A stretch of 64,000 bases of DNA from Octopus vulgaris. Its lineage: Eukaryota. The stretch lies in contig OX597825.1 of assembly GCA_951406725.2 (NCBI GenBank), positions 2,294,001-2,358,000 on the forward strand, read 5' to 3'. Positions within the stretch are counted from its first letter, which is position 1. Each line of letters begins with the position of its first letter. The notes under the pieces were generated by a model, which was not told where the DNA came from, did no database searches, and saw nothing but the letters and a program-made list of their open reading frames with translations. Made by a program: the position numbers and the translations under genes. This document shows, piece by piece, positions 38,694 through 52,432 of this stretch.

Positions 38694-39037
38694 AAGGGGT
38701 AAAGACCCCCTTCGGTCATGAATGACCATGGGATTGCACCTAGAAAGTTACCCTCCTAGACACAAGTCCGGGCAAGGTTGTTTATGGAAGACCAGCAGTC
38801 GCCCATGCATACCAGCCTCCCCTATCCACGCCACCGATGTTATCCAAGGGAAAGACAAAGGTCGATACAGCTTGGCACCAGTGACGTCGCAACTCATTTC
38901 TACAGCTGAGTGAACTGGAGCAACGTGAAATAAAGTGCTTTGCTCAAGAACACAACACGCAGCCTGGTCCGGGATTCGAGCTCACAACCTCACGATCGTA
39001 AGCTCGACGCTCTAACCACTGAGCCATGCGCCTTCAC
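38694..39037 (-). mobile_element. Full-length CORE-SINE (family C)
   Basis: About 12 substitutions and no indels versus 7496-7832; inserted in (TAA)n. Confidence 0.93.
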
Positions 39038-39072
39038 TAATAAATGCTACAGACTAACAATTGCTATGGCCT

Positions 39073-39110
<38 letters not shown>

Positions 39111-41366
39111 TAATAATAATAATAATCGTCATCAATAGCAACAGTATGGATATGAATACAACCACCAAATCATCAAGGTCCTAATTCTGTTTGGTAGTAA
39201 CAATAGAATTTAGTGTTATTATAATATCCGGATCTCCACACTTTAAAAATTTTTTAGATCCTTTGTTTGTTATTTTGATATATGAAGTCGCTAATTCTTC
39301 ATGCAACTAATCTTCATGCGACATTTCTATTTCTGTCTGTTGTTGCTTCCATTTGTCCTATGTGTTTCCATGTTTTCTGTAAATCCTTCCTAAATTGATG
39401 TATGGTCGTAATAGCGTATAACCTTCACCGTTGCTATACCATAGACACACCTCATCTCCCGTCAGTTCACCTTGCAATGCTTTTGCACATAAATAAATGT
39501 ACACAAATTAATAATACTAAAATGTAAAATCAAATAAAATACGTGGACAAATATGTACAAACTTTTGTACCAAAGCACAAACGGCTTTTTGAGTTACGTT
39601 TTTTCCCAAGTTAAGTCGCAAGTCTTGTAAAAAAATTTCCGACCTAAGTTGAAATACTCACGCGTTTTAAAGCTTTACAAATTATCCGCTCCTTAAGTCT
39701 ATGAAATAAACTTAGCAGATATTATTTCTGTATATCATTCCAATGGACAGAATTATTTTATGAAATTCTTCGTTTGAGAAAATCTAAATCCTTATCGTAA
39801 GACAAACGTTATTCACAGGAAAATAAACAAATAAAAAACTATTATGATGACTGAGTGATCTTTTAATTAGAAATGTCTATCAACCACTTTTCTCCTTGTT
39901 GACTATTATTACCTCTGGAATGACACGTTTCATATACAATATGGTCGAAATTGAGAGTATGAGGTTCGTAACTATAGCAGGCGCCATCTTCTGGTCGAAA
40001 CATGTCGGTTGTGACTGATATCTATTATACTGATGCAAACCTATTACAATTTTCCCACTTTATTACTGCAGGATTATTTCTTAATGCCTCATTTTTTCTA
40101 GCATATCATAAAACAGTATTATATTACATGGCCATACACGTGAATTTTAATAAATGCTACAGACTAACAATTGCTATGGCCTTAAATTGTAGCTTACCAA
40201 TACCTATCTATCTGTCTATGAATCTGTCTGTCTGTATATATAAATATATATATATATCTATATGTATCTGTCTGTCTGCCTGCCTGTGTGTGTATCTGTC
40301 TGTCAATCTCTATCTCTCGCAAAATTATATTTCCACAGATCAATATAAATACACCTATGTGCATACTAATATCAGTTATACTTTATTTTTTTCCTATCAT
40401 ACTGTCTTTAATCATGTTTTCATCAATGTTTAAGAAATAAAATTTACCTTCCAGTAAATTCTGTACTGGCTTCCATAGCTACAAGCATCTCCCCCATGAG
40501 AAAACAATTTTTTACACGGATACTATAGTGAAATAACTTATGTTTTCGTAATGTCTGGAATTACATAACTTCTATATAATGTTTACTTCGTGATTTAAGT
40601 TGAATGACTTCATCTTTAAATTCCAAACATGTCCGAATATATTTAAAGTTGAATAACAATCGTTAAGTCTTTTACACCTAATGCAAATTAAAACTAGGTT
40701 ATAAATTCGTTGCTATGCTTCAGAGCTTTCAATTCTTCATATCTTGAGCACAATATTTAATTGACTATTTTACATATCTCCATGCTTCTCAATATTACAC
40801 ACTGCTCCTATTTTGTTCAGCTCCAGTAATTTTCTGTTAGAAGTAATTGGTAGTTCCTTCTTCAGCTCTTTGTTGCACCAGGATTGTAAGAATTTATCTT
40901 TACCCTTCTTACAAAGCAAATGTATGTAAGCAATTTAGAAAGTGAAACAGAGTGAAAGAAAGAGAGAGAGAGAGAGAGAGAAAGGGAGAAGGAGAAATGG
41001 AGATAGAGAGAGAGAGAGGGGAGAGAGAAATAGAGATAGTGAGAGAGAAACATTGAAGAGGCTTTCAGTAATGAGAAAATATTAAGTTGACCTCGGTGGA
41101 TTTGGACATATTGTTCATCGAGACTAAAGAGATATTGTAGAACCTTCTATTCAGGGTTGTATCATCACTATCATTTCAACGAGTTGATCGAATATCTCAA
41201 ATTTCTTTTGCTATCGCTCCTTCAAGTAATAGGGAGTACTGACCTCTTTGTCAGAATTTAGTCCCAAAATTCATAAACCCAACTAATTTCGCGGAAAATA
41301 TATGGCAGTGGTTTCTCGTTTCATTTTGCTGGTCTTGTAGAATTTATTCCACTGATATCTTACTTT

Positions 41367-41766
41367 CTCAAAGGCGGCGAGTTGGCAGAAATGTTAGCAC
41401 GCCGGGCAAAATGCTTAGCGGTACTTCGTCCGCCGCTACGTTCGGAGTTCAAATTTCACCGAGGTCGACTTTGCCTTTCAACCTTTCGGGGTCGATTAAA
41501 TAAGTACCAGTTACGCACTGGGGTCGATATAATCGACTAAATCCGTTTGTCTGTCCTTGTTTGTCCTCTCTGTGTTTAGCCCCTTGTGGGTAGTAAAGAA
41601 ATAGGTATTTCGTCTGCCGCTACGTTCTGAGTTCAAATTCCGCCGAGGTCGACTTTGCTTTTCATCCTTTCGTGGTCGATAAATTAAGTACCAATGAAAT
41701 ACTGGGGTCGATGCAATCGACTAGTCTCTTCCCTGCAAATTTGGGGCCTTGTGCCTTTAGTAGAAA
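41367..41766 (+). mobile_element. Full-length dimeric SINE family B with 14-bp TSD
   Basis: TGATATCTTACTTT at 41353-41366 and 41767-41780; two tandem B-box/central-domain modules. Confidence 0.95.
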
Positions 41767-42116
41767 TGATATCTTACTTTTTCGAGCTTCACTTTAAGGC
41801 ACAAAGTCAATATAATATTTAGACTGAGAGATTAACTCACGTGATACCAACCGATGCCGACAAACGGTTTGCCTCTTTTAGCAATGTCCAGTGGGCATCT
41901 TTTCTTTGCAATTTGAATGCCTTAGCTTCAGGTATGTCTTCTGTTATTTGATCCATAAATGGGATTCAATCTGTGAGAAAACCTACAAGACTGGTCTGGA
42001 GCGGACCTAGACTCTTAGTGACAAAGCGTAATTTCGCTTTAACTCTATGAATGGTTATGCTTGATAGCTGTGGCCTTTACACTAATCCTTATGAAATTCG
42101 TCTTAATCTCTATATC

Positions 42117-42428
42117 GTGAAGGCGCGAGTCTTCATGCTAAGAGTATTTGGCTCACGATCATAAGAACGTCGGTTCGATGCACGGCGGCGCGTTTTGTTC
42201 TTAAGCAAACCACTTTATCTCTCGTTGCTCCAGTCCAGAATCAGTAGTAACAGCATCTGAAAGGATCAGCCGTGTCAAATTCTACGTCACGTTAGATCTC
42301 ACTGGTAACTACGATAAGGGTGCGCATGTCTGTAGAATTTTCAGCCAATTGGGGGCTAATTGCAAGAGCAAGATGTTCAGTTGATCGGATCAACTGGAAC
42401 ACTCATCGTTGTAACCGACGGAGTGCCA
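42117..42428 (+). mobile_element. Older CORE-SINE relative with a different 3' tail
   Basis: GTGAAGGCGC start and CACTTTAT..CGTTGCTCCAGT core as in family C. The tail is unrelated and contains the palindrome CAGTTGATC-G-GATCAACTG (42378-42396). Confidence 0.75.
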
Positions 42429-42450
42429 TTTAAAAAAATTTCTGCCTTAG

Positions 42451-42611
42451 GAGACACAGGAAACACAGATGCGGGCAGCGTCATCGAACTCCCTTGTTGA
42501 TCAAGTGCCATGTATCAGAGGTGGAGTCACATATTAGTGTAGCTCATTCAGCGGTGCCCCAGCATGGCCGCGGCCTTCGGGCTAAAACATTTTTAAGGAT
42601 TTAAGGATTTA
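42451..42611 (+). mobile_element. Extreme 3' end of a CR1/L2-group LINE
   Basis: ETQETQMRAASSNSLVDQVPCIRGGVTY* (RAA.SNSL..Q C-terminal motif), short structured UTR and (AGGATTTA)2 tail. Confidence 0.75.
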
Positions 42612-42874
42612 AATAGAGTAGAAAATCAGTCATTTACGAGAATTCTGACCAGTCTTTAAGCTTCTGTACAAAGATTGGCACTGAGACACGGCCTCCTCCA
42701 ATACGTGTCGTGACCTAACAAACCCCCGTCTCTCTAATGATCAAATCTCGTCCCCTTCCTACAACAGAAACATTTTATTAACACATCCGGGTTATTTCCT
42801 TCCATTACTTCGTAGTCTCCACACAGTCTAGAAACTCCAAACATCTTTTTTTAAGCTCTTTTGTTTTTGTTATA

Positions 42875-43076
42875 GTTGCTGTTGTTGTTCTTCTTCTTCT
42901 TCTTCTCCTCCTTCTTCTTCTTCTTCTTCTTCTTCTTCTTCTTCTTCTTCTTCTTCTTTCTTCTTCTTCTTCTTGTCATCATTGCTATTATTCTGTGCAT
43001 TATTATGATTGAATTCACAATTGTTATTAGTAACGTTTCTCTCAATATTAACATACCTTCTCCTCCACCACCTCCG

Positions 43077-43128
<52 letters not shown>

Positions 43129-43132
43129 CATT

Positions 43133-43180
<48 letters not shown>

Positions 43181-43182
43181 GC
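42875..43182. repeat. (TTC)n, (ATT)n and (GTT)n microsatellites
   Basis: Direct tandem repeats. Confidence 0.95.
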
Positions 43183-44617
43183 TACTGCTGAGCATGTTAT
43201 TGTTATCGTGATTATCATATTTCCTGTTTTTGTTTTCAATGTTTGTTTTTTTTTGTTGTTGTTTCGTTTTGTCAGAGCTCATATGTTGATGAATGAATAT
43301 TTAACAATAGAACTATGTCTTAGAATATTTCCAGCAAGTGCCACTGTTTTTGTTAGTAAAATGACAAATCTCAGAGTTCAATAGTTGGAAAAAAGCCAAA
43401 TCTTGAAGGGTTTCATTTGATTATTGATGGCAAATACTTTTTGTTTGGCTTCCAACTGACGTTCAATTTGTTTATGTCTTTGATACTTTAAATCTTTCAT
43501 TCGTCCATTCTTTCATTCTATCATTCTTTCAGAAACACCATCTCGCTTATCTCTTACATCTTTGTCCAACAAGTTATTGTTTGCTAAAATAAAAAGAAAA
43601 ATATTATTTAGTAATTGTTGCTACTTGATACCTCTAATTTCTAATGTCTAGTCTCCACGTTCTGCTCTAAAGCAATTAGAAAACAAACACACACACACAC
43701 ACACATATATCTATATAAAATATTAGTAACAAAAAATACACACAACACATCCTCACACATACACATCACACATCACACACACAGACACTCACACACTCCT
43801 ATGTACACACACACACCCCCAACACATGCGCACATACATAATATATATCTCCACAAAATGAACATACCACACTAAAGTATCCGTTCTTTTCCTATCATTT
43901 CCACCACGAGAAAGCATACCACCGCAACCGTCATCGCCGGAACCAACACCATCACATCATCTACAAAAACAACAGCAACAACAACGAAAGCCAAAGGAAC
44001 AACTCAAAAACAACAAACCAATGCAAGCACAGATTATTCTTAGATTAGTTTTGCTTCGAAAAATATATCAAACCTCAAAAAGAGAGTGTTTGTCTGTTTT
44101 TTAGCTTTGATGTATATTTTAGATTAGCCATTGATGGACAAACATATTAGAATTGTGGGTTTTATTTTTATATGTTTTCTTATGACATTTCGTGACCTCA
44201 AAGAAACCAATCAACTATTGGCTACTTAGAATATGATTCTAATCTTAACATTTCAAATTTTGAATCTCAAATTTAGTAACAAGATTTAGTAACAATTCTT
44301 CTGTTACGCATGATTTCATATATTAATCAGTCGAAGAAAATAAAGCTATATTGTGTTATAAACAACACTTTGATATTTGCTTGTCATTTAAATTTACTGC
44401 TGCTGCTCATATCTCCCCCCCCCCCCGAAAAACACCCCCGAAAAATAAAAATGTAAACAAAGAGAAAGCGATCTCTTTTAAGTCTTAATAACAATATCAT
44501 TATTATGTTTTCTTTCGAAGTCATGTTTCGTATTTTCTTTTTTTACTGCATAGGATGTTACATCAACGTTTCTTTCCAGTAAGCAAATCATATTAGCAAC
44601 GATGGACGCCTCGCTGC

Positions 44618-45110
44618 TCTTCTTCTTCTTCTCCTCTTTCTTCTTCTTCTTCTTCTTCTTCTTCTTCTTCTTCTTCTTCTTCTTCTTCTTCTTCTTCTTC
44701 TTCCTCTCCTCCTCCTCCTCCTTCTTCTTCTTCTATTACGTCTTCTTCTTCTTCTTCTTCTTCTTCTTCTTCTTCTTCTATAGCTTCCTCTACTATTTCT
44801 TCTTCTTCTTCTTCTCTCCTCCTCCTCCTCCTCCTCCTCCTTCTTCTTCTTCTTCTATTTCTTCTTCTTCTTCTTCTATAGCTTCCTCTACTATTTCTTC
44901 TCCTTCTTCTCCTTCACCTCCTCCTCCTCCTCCTCCTCCTCCTCCTCCTCCTCCTCCTTCTTCTTCTTCTTCTCCTTCCTCTTCTCCTTCTCCTTCTTCT
45001 TCTTCTTCTTCTTCTTCTTCTTCCTCTCCTTCTTCTTCTCCTTCTCCTCCTTCTTCTTCTTCTTCTTCTTCTTCTTCTTCTTCTTCTCCTCCTCCTTCTT
45101 CTTCTTCTTC
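44618..45110. repeat. About 490-bp polypyrimidine (TTC)n/(TCC)n tract
   Basis: Nearly pure C/T on the + strand. Confidence 0.97.
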
Positions 45111-46034
45111 TATATTTTCCTCTACTATTTCTTGTTCGCCAATTGATCAATATATAATCTTCAATGGCCAAGATACTATAAAGAGCATTGTTGAGCTGCC
45201 TGGGAATTTTTGTCGGAAATCCTTCAATCCATTTTGGTACGCGTAAAACAAAATATTCCTGTTTCCCGAAAAACATATGGATTTTTCTCTTCTTACAGAA
45301 ATACCATTATTGTTAGCTCCAGCCGAATCATCAGACGATTTGGGACATATATTGCATTACGTACTCTCTTGTATTAACACAAAAGATGTGTGAAGAGATA
45401 AGCTTAATCTCTGCGTCATAGATACGACCCTGAACAAATCCTCGCTAGAATTAGAATGTTCTACGTAAAAGACACCGGTTCCGATGTAGAAACCAGGGCG
45501 ATGGTCAGCTGTCAAGTTAGCGTGTCTAGCGTCGATTCTATAATGGTGTGTGCTGTGATATATTATTGGGAGATGATTGTGTTATCTATGTGTTGTGTTA
45601 TCTTATAATATTTTTCGGTGAATCCATAAAATGTATTGTGTGAGTTGCGTAATGTCATTATGTAATCACTGTATACGTTACGTGTTATGTGTACAAATCG
45701 CAGAAATTGAATTGCAGCGTAGACAAGAGGGCTAATTTGATTAGAGCGCTAATATGACCAGATCTGTTAGCAGCAGCAACAACAGCATCATATTTTAGCA
45801 TATAAAAATATTTGGAAAATATTTAATGTTAGTAATAAAAGTGATAATCTAAGCTCTGTCCTCTGTTAACGCTGCCAGTAATTAAAGAAGAATATATATA
45901 GAATATGCACTTCAAATTATACATGTCTGCCAGTATTTCAGAGGCAAACTAGCACAACTTACATCTCGAGAGTAACACATGAGACACTAACAGCATTGTA
46001 TGTTCGTGTCAACATCAAATGTATATTTCCATTA

Positions 46035-46388
46035 GGCGGCCAGTTGGCAGAATCGTTATCACACCGGGCGAAATGCTTTGTGGTATTTCGTCTGCCGCTT
46101 CGTTCTGACTTCAAATTCCGCCGAGGTCGACTTTGCTTTTCATCCTTTCGGGGTCGATAAATTAAGTACCAGTTACGCACTGGAGTCGATGTAATCTACG
46201 TAATCCGTTTGTCTGTCCTTGTTTGTCCTCTCTGTGTTTAGCCCCTTGACGGTAATAAAGAAATATGTATTTTGTCTGTCTTTATGTTCTGAGTTCAAAT
46301 TCCGCCGAATTCTATTTTACCTTTCATCCTTTCCGGGTTGATAAATTAAGTACCAGTCGCATACTGGAGTCAATCTAATCGACTCCCC
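46035..46388 (+). mobile_element. Dimeric SINE family B, 3' end running into (TCTA)n
   Basis: Same two-module structure and linker as 41367-41766. Confidence 0.92.
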
Positions 46389-46710
<322 letters not shown>

Positions 46711-47036
46711 CTTATATCTTGGTGGGTGTTTGAACGATTGATTGTACGTGCGCCATTCGATCCCGTAACAAACCCGGAATGGTTATATCTCTCTCAGCAT
46801 CAGATACCGAAACGGAGAACGTTAGGAACTGACGAGAGATGGATGTCTCATATTATATTCCTGTCTTCATATTTTGGTTGTGCTGATTGGTGACACGCCA
46901 CAAGTAAAATATAAAGTTGAGAGTGCTAAGCAGTAACGCGGATAAATACAAATTTGTTACCAGTTCAAATATGCTAGGGGCATATATATAAATTTCTTGT
47001 ATTCGTGACTAAATTATCAAAGTAATTATTAAAGAA

Positions 47037-47062
47037 ATTATTATTATTATTATCATCATCAC

Positions 47063-47143
<81 letters not shown>

Positions 47144-47148
47144 CATTA
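47037..47148. repeat. (ATT)n microsatellite
   Basis: Direct tandem repeat. Confidence 0.96.
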
Positions 47149-47187
47149 CTATAGTGTTACGTCAATGAAAATTAGTTTGTAGAAAAA

Positions 47188-47381
47188 GGTGTCGAGGTGA
47201 CGAAATTGTTTCTACAGCAAAATGCTTAGCGGCATTTTATTTCGTCTAATTTTATGTTCTAAGCTCAAATTTCACCAAGGTCAACTTTCCCTATCATCCT
47301 TTTACGGATTTACAAAATAAGTTGAGATTATTGACTTCTTGTTCCCTCTCTTTTGTTTGCTGGCCTTGTGCCGAACCTGAA
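47188..47381 (+). mobile_element. Decayed SINE family B monomer
   Basis: AAATGCTTAGCGGCATTT, CTCAAATTTCACCAAGGTCAACTTT and GGCCTTGTGCC landmarks. Confidence 0.75.
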
Positions 47382-47394
47382 AAAAATATTTTTA

Positions 47395-47805
47395 TTGTTT
47401 TGGTTTGGCTCAGGTCCGTTTTCATTCCTGGTAGGATTTAAGAAGGTAGTGGTTTACTTCCTGTAACCTTAGGTACCCACAAGTTTTCAGCAGTCTTTCA
47501 AATGCTTAAAACCCTCCTGATGATCCTTGCTGTCCCTAAGAGTCTAACTCTCTGTATGAGCTCTACCGAGCATTCTATCTCAATCCCGTTCAGCCCTTTG
47601 TCTATATCTTATCTTACTGTTCTCAACTCACCAATTATTATAGGCACGACCTTTACTGTTCGAATGCTCCAATTTTTTCCTATTTAAAATTTTAAGGGAT
47701 TATAATATTTTCGTATTTCTTCCTCTTTCTTTACGATGCTGGAATCAAACGGGCATAATGGGTCGATAATTAAGCAGCTTCGCTTCTCCTTATCTATAGT
47801 TGTTA
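47395..47805 (-). mobile_element. Decayed R4/Dong-clade retrotransposon 3' fragment (RLE C-terminus)
   Basis: DKEKRSCLIIDPLCPFD...KYYNPLK...W...VKVVPIIIG...IQRVRLLGTARIIRRVL* with in-frame stops; abuts (ATT)n. Confidence 0.85.
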
Positions 47806-48576
47806 TAAAAATTATTATCATCATTATTGTTGTAGCTATTTTTCTTGTTATTATTATTGTTGTTGTTGTTGTTCATCTTCTTCTCCTTCTTCTTCTTCTT
47901 CTTCTTCTTCTTCTTCTCCTTCTTCTTCTCCTTCTTCTTCTTCTTCTTCTTCTTCTTCTTCTTCTCCTTCTTCTCATTTTTATTATTATTATTATTATTA
48001 TCGAGGTCGCATATTCATCTCGTTTTCTTCGCTTTATCAATTTTATGTGTTGACTTCTTGAAGCTCAGAGATGCAACACTTCCATTAACATATGCACTTC
48101 TCCGAGTATAAACGAGTAGAGCACTTCTATCCCATGCCTGATACTTGTACCTTCTTATGTGTCCTTTGACACGGTTCCAAACGCACCACTTGCGAAAAAT
48201 TTGAACTCACAATTCCGCCGCTATGAATCCGCTCCACTTTGAATGTCTGCATGTGATATCTTTCGAATCACACACGGTCTATTATCACAATGTCATGTGC
48301 ACGTGTCGCCACATCAATCAGGAATTATTCTTTGAACTTTTCCTTGCGAGAGCGATATCAATTCAATTATATTACAGCTTCTTATCTGTGTAGACTGTCT
48401 CCGTTGCCGATAAAACTTGATATTTGTATCAGATGCCGGCGTGTGGTATCCCATACACACGCCGTACACATCCCTCAGTTTACCATGTGCCAAGGCCTTT
48501 TATTTACTCTTTCTTATCCAGTTTTGAAAATCCACAAATTGTACATTGTTGTTGTTCGTATTCTTTATATCATTTA

Positions 48577-48752
48577 GGCGGTCAGCTGGCCGAATCGTTC
48601 ACACACAGGCCAAAATGCTTCGTGGCATTTTGTCCATCTTTACGTTCTGAGTTCAAATTCTGCCGTGATCGATAAGTACTAGATGAGCACTGGGATCGAG
48701 GCAATCGACTTACCCCGTCCACCAAAATTGCCTTGTGCCAAACTTTGAAACC
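48577..48752 (+). mobile_element. SINE family B monomer (internal deletion)
   Basis: GGCGGTCAGCTGGC head, GAGTTCAAATTC and CCTTGTGCCAAA tail into (ATT)n. Confidence 0.85.
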
Positions 48753-48781
48753 ATTATTATTTATTATTTTTAAAATTATTA

Positions 48782-48836
<55 letters not shown>

Positions 48837-48840
48837 TGAA

Positions 48841-49048
48841 GCGGTGAGCTGAGAGAAGCGTTACCACACCGAGCAAGATGCTTAGAGTCGTTTCGTCAGC
48901 CTTTACGTTCTGGCTTCAAATTCCTCCGGGATCGAATTTGCTTTTCATAATTTCAGAGTGGACGAAAGAAGCACCAGTCGAATCTTGGTATCAATATAAT
49001 CAGCAAACCACACATCCCGAAATGTCAGGCCTTGTGCCTATACTTGTA
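48841..49048 (+). mobile_element. Decayed SINE family B monomer
   Basis: Same landmarks, more diverged. Confidence 0.75.
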
Positions 49049-51443
49049 ATAGTTGTTATTGTTGTTGCTGTAGTTGCTGATGCTGTTATAATTATGTATG
49101 TAATCCGAATGTATGAATAAAATATGTACCAATCGAATAAGGCAATCAAATTTCGTCCTTGACGAAGCGAGATCGACTGGAAAGTTATTCTTTAATTGCA
49201 TCCCAGATACTCCGAGATGAAAAGGTAATTGCTTTTCTTTTGTGGTTCGTTCACCACAATTCAAATTTAGAGTAATTCTTCCGCTTAGGTCCTTTCGAAA
49301 GAATGGACAGAATAGCCAGTCTGCAGTCTAATTTATATATTTCATAAGAGTTCTCTTTGGCGTAGGATCCATACAGATACACAACAGAATAGTAATCATG
49401 TTGTAGGTGTTTATAAGTTTGCTCGTACCTCAAAATAGACCGTAGACTTACACGAATGAAGACAGGAAATTATATGCTTAATTCTGTGTTTTTTTAATAA
49501 ATTGATGGAAATGAAGAGGATCAAATTTGTTGTGCAGCACAGGTATGAAAATCCATTGTTGTTCATTTTCTAATTTGCATGTGATCCAAATCTTTTGGCA
49601 AGAAGAAGTGTTCTTCACCCTCCCTTCTCAGAGATAATGTATCCAAGTAGGAAGATTTCTCATGTGTGCTACCCACAGTGGAAATGATAGGAATACAAAT
49701 TATGAGTATTCTATATTGTTCTCTGCGCTAGAATAACGAAGGTGTGTATGCATGCTAAGATAACAGCATAGAAATCGACGATAATGCAGAGGCGCACAGA
49801 CATCAAGTCTCCATTCAGCAGGACTGCTTAAGATTGCAGATTCCTGACAATAAAACTGGCTGTTGATGGGAAATACAATGTCTTCCAAGTTTTTTGTTTA
49901 TTTTCAATCTTATTCTGTCTATTCAAAAGTAAGTGCAATCTTGTTACACAAATTCAAGACCACAAACACGATTTCCATTCGCATGTGATCGAAGAATCTG
50001 CATGCGGGCTAGCAATGCTCGCATCTCGTAAGCATTTTTCATGAAGGAACACACTGACATACATCTTCACGGTGGAGATCGCTTGCTGTCCAGTAAATCT
50101 CAGTGTTATGGATTTCCTATTTTATTAACCACGGGTTTAGTATCCGCAGTGTGACAGTACATGGATAGCGTTTATCGTAGAGATGATAAGTATTTCATTT
50201 ACATCAATGAATATCTATTGTCGTTTAATTAGTGTTGAATAACATTGTTCAAATTCTTGTCCATCCTCTGCTACACCTGTAATCTGGTAAGCTGAAGGTT
50301 ATTTATTTGTTGCAGCAGTGACATAATTCTAATCATTATGACTGTAAGTATTTCAGACACTCCAGTGTAGTTTCAGACACAGACAAGTCCGGTCAACACA
50401 ATCCAATTAAAAAAAACAACCTTTTTAAAGACAATAATGCCAGCCTTGAGTTCTCGTAGGTTTCTAATTTTGACAAGTTGTGTGGCCACCTAGAAACTCC
50501 TTCTTTAGCTTACTCTGGTGTAAGCACTAAGAAATACAATAGACGCATAATGCGGCAATGGCAGGGATACGTTGCCCTTGTAATATCAGTTTCCGCATGC
50601 CATAATTCCATTTTCTTGGAAGCGGAAATGGTACAATTGATCATATTTATTAATCAAGGTGAACATGCAATTTGACAGAAAGACAGGGTTGCTAAATCTC
50701 ATTGAAGAGATAAAAGAAGCGAGGGAGAAAGCGGAACAGAGAAGATAAAGTAGACCGGAGAAGTTGAATCAATGAATTCAGCGTGTTTATAGGGAGGAAA
50801 GAATATTCACTGAATGAGATGGAGAAATAGAAAAGGAAAACAATTGAACATGAAAACAAAGATTGGAATAGAGGCAAGTTAATAATAGAGTAAGATAAGG
50901 TTTACACAGTAAGTTAGAGTAGAAAAGGAAACGAGAGTGGAGAGGATAGAAATATGACAGAAGTGCTTGATAGTGTAATATATATTAGAAGATAAAAGGA
51001 GGTTATTTAAGAAGGAATAAATGAAATAGGCACAGAAGAATAGAGGGAGGGGAAGAGCATATATTACTGTATTCCTCTGCCGGTTTTACGAGATAGACTG
51101 CTCTCAGAGCTGAGGCATCGTCTTCAACGGTCTTAGTCGATAAGATTTTCCTAATACGGATTTCAGTCTCACCGATTTTTATTGATATGTATTAAAGGTG
51201 ATACGAAATCCCACGTCGACCTCAAGTAGTGCAGCTCAACACATCAAATTATACATTAAACAACAATAATGAATATTGCCATACACACACACGTACAAAT
51301 GTACTACACACGTATAAACATGCATATCTGAATGCCCATACGCACTCATGCATATATATATATGTGTATATCTGCATAAATTCATGCACACAAACACACG
51401 TATATATATATATGTGTATGTAGATATGTATGTGTGTGTATAT

Positions 51444-51491
<48 letters not shown>

Positions 51492-52432
51492 AAAAAGTTT
51501 GCAAAGTATATTTTGGAGAATGTTTAATAAAACATTACAAGTTTCGTTGTATCCATCTTAACAAATATTAGAAATATTAGACTTTTGGTGGGTGTCAGAG
51601 AAAACAAAACATTTTCTGGGAGGGGTTAACAGTTTGTACCTAAATTTGAGTTCTGAAACACAAGAAGTGAACAGAGAGAAAAGTTAATTAAAATTCTTTT
51701 AAAAAAAACTAGAATATTTATTGTGCAAACCATACTCGTATCAAAATACAGCCCCAGATTGAACAGTCAAACATACAAATCAAAAGATTAACCCGTGGTT
51801 ACAGACATAAGAGAATAATAAAAATTTACGCTCACAATTTGACAGAGTCAAGCAAATCAATGCATGACAGCTGATGCATGAAGCTAACAATAAAAACAAC
51901 AAAATAACAGATAGTCGACAATACTTCAGTCCCTAAAATATACATAAACAAAAGACACGAACGCCAAATGGATTGAATTCTTAAAGGGGAAACTGTGATA
52001 GTCCAGAAAAGTCGCATATAGGTTTAGAAATCGTATAGTTCCAAACCATCTGAGTACATAAGAAAATAGGAAAGCTCTGAGAAGTCTCAAATGAAGAAAA
52101 ATATAACTACAGCGTAATGTGTATTTAAAACGATATGCATACAGTTACACACACTCACACAGACACACACACACACTCATGCACATACATAAATACTGAC
52201 ATATACGCTGACGACCTCAAAGACGAGTATATCTACTGACAGCTTTTCGGTGGGTTCAAAAATGACATGCCCTCCACTCCCAATTTCCACGACAGGTTAG
52301 GGCCCGGAATCCTCCAAACTGACGTATTACATGTCATTTAATCCACAAATATTTTGTCGTCAATGCTGCACTTTCCCGTATCATCTGTTTCAACATAACT
52401 GTAATATATATATACAAACTATACCATTTTAA

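Noticed and set aside
39993-40012. GGTCGAAACATGTCGG, resembling a PLE hammerhead 3' half
   Set aside because: No CTGANGA core or stem II partner found upstream.
44602-45246. 214-aa F/S/P ORF and antisense poly-R ORF
   Set aside because: Product of the TTC/TCC tract.
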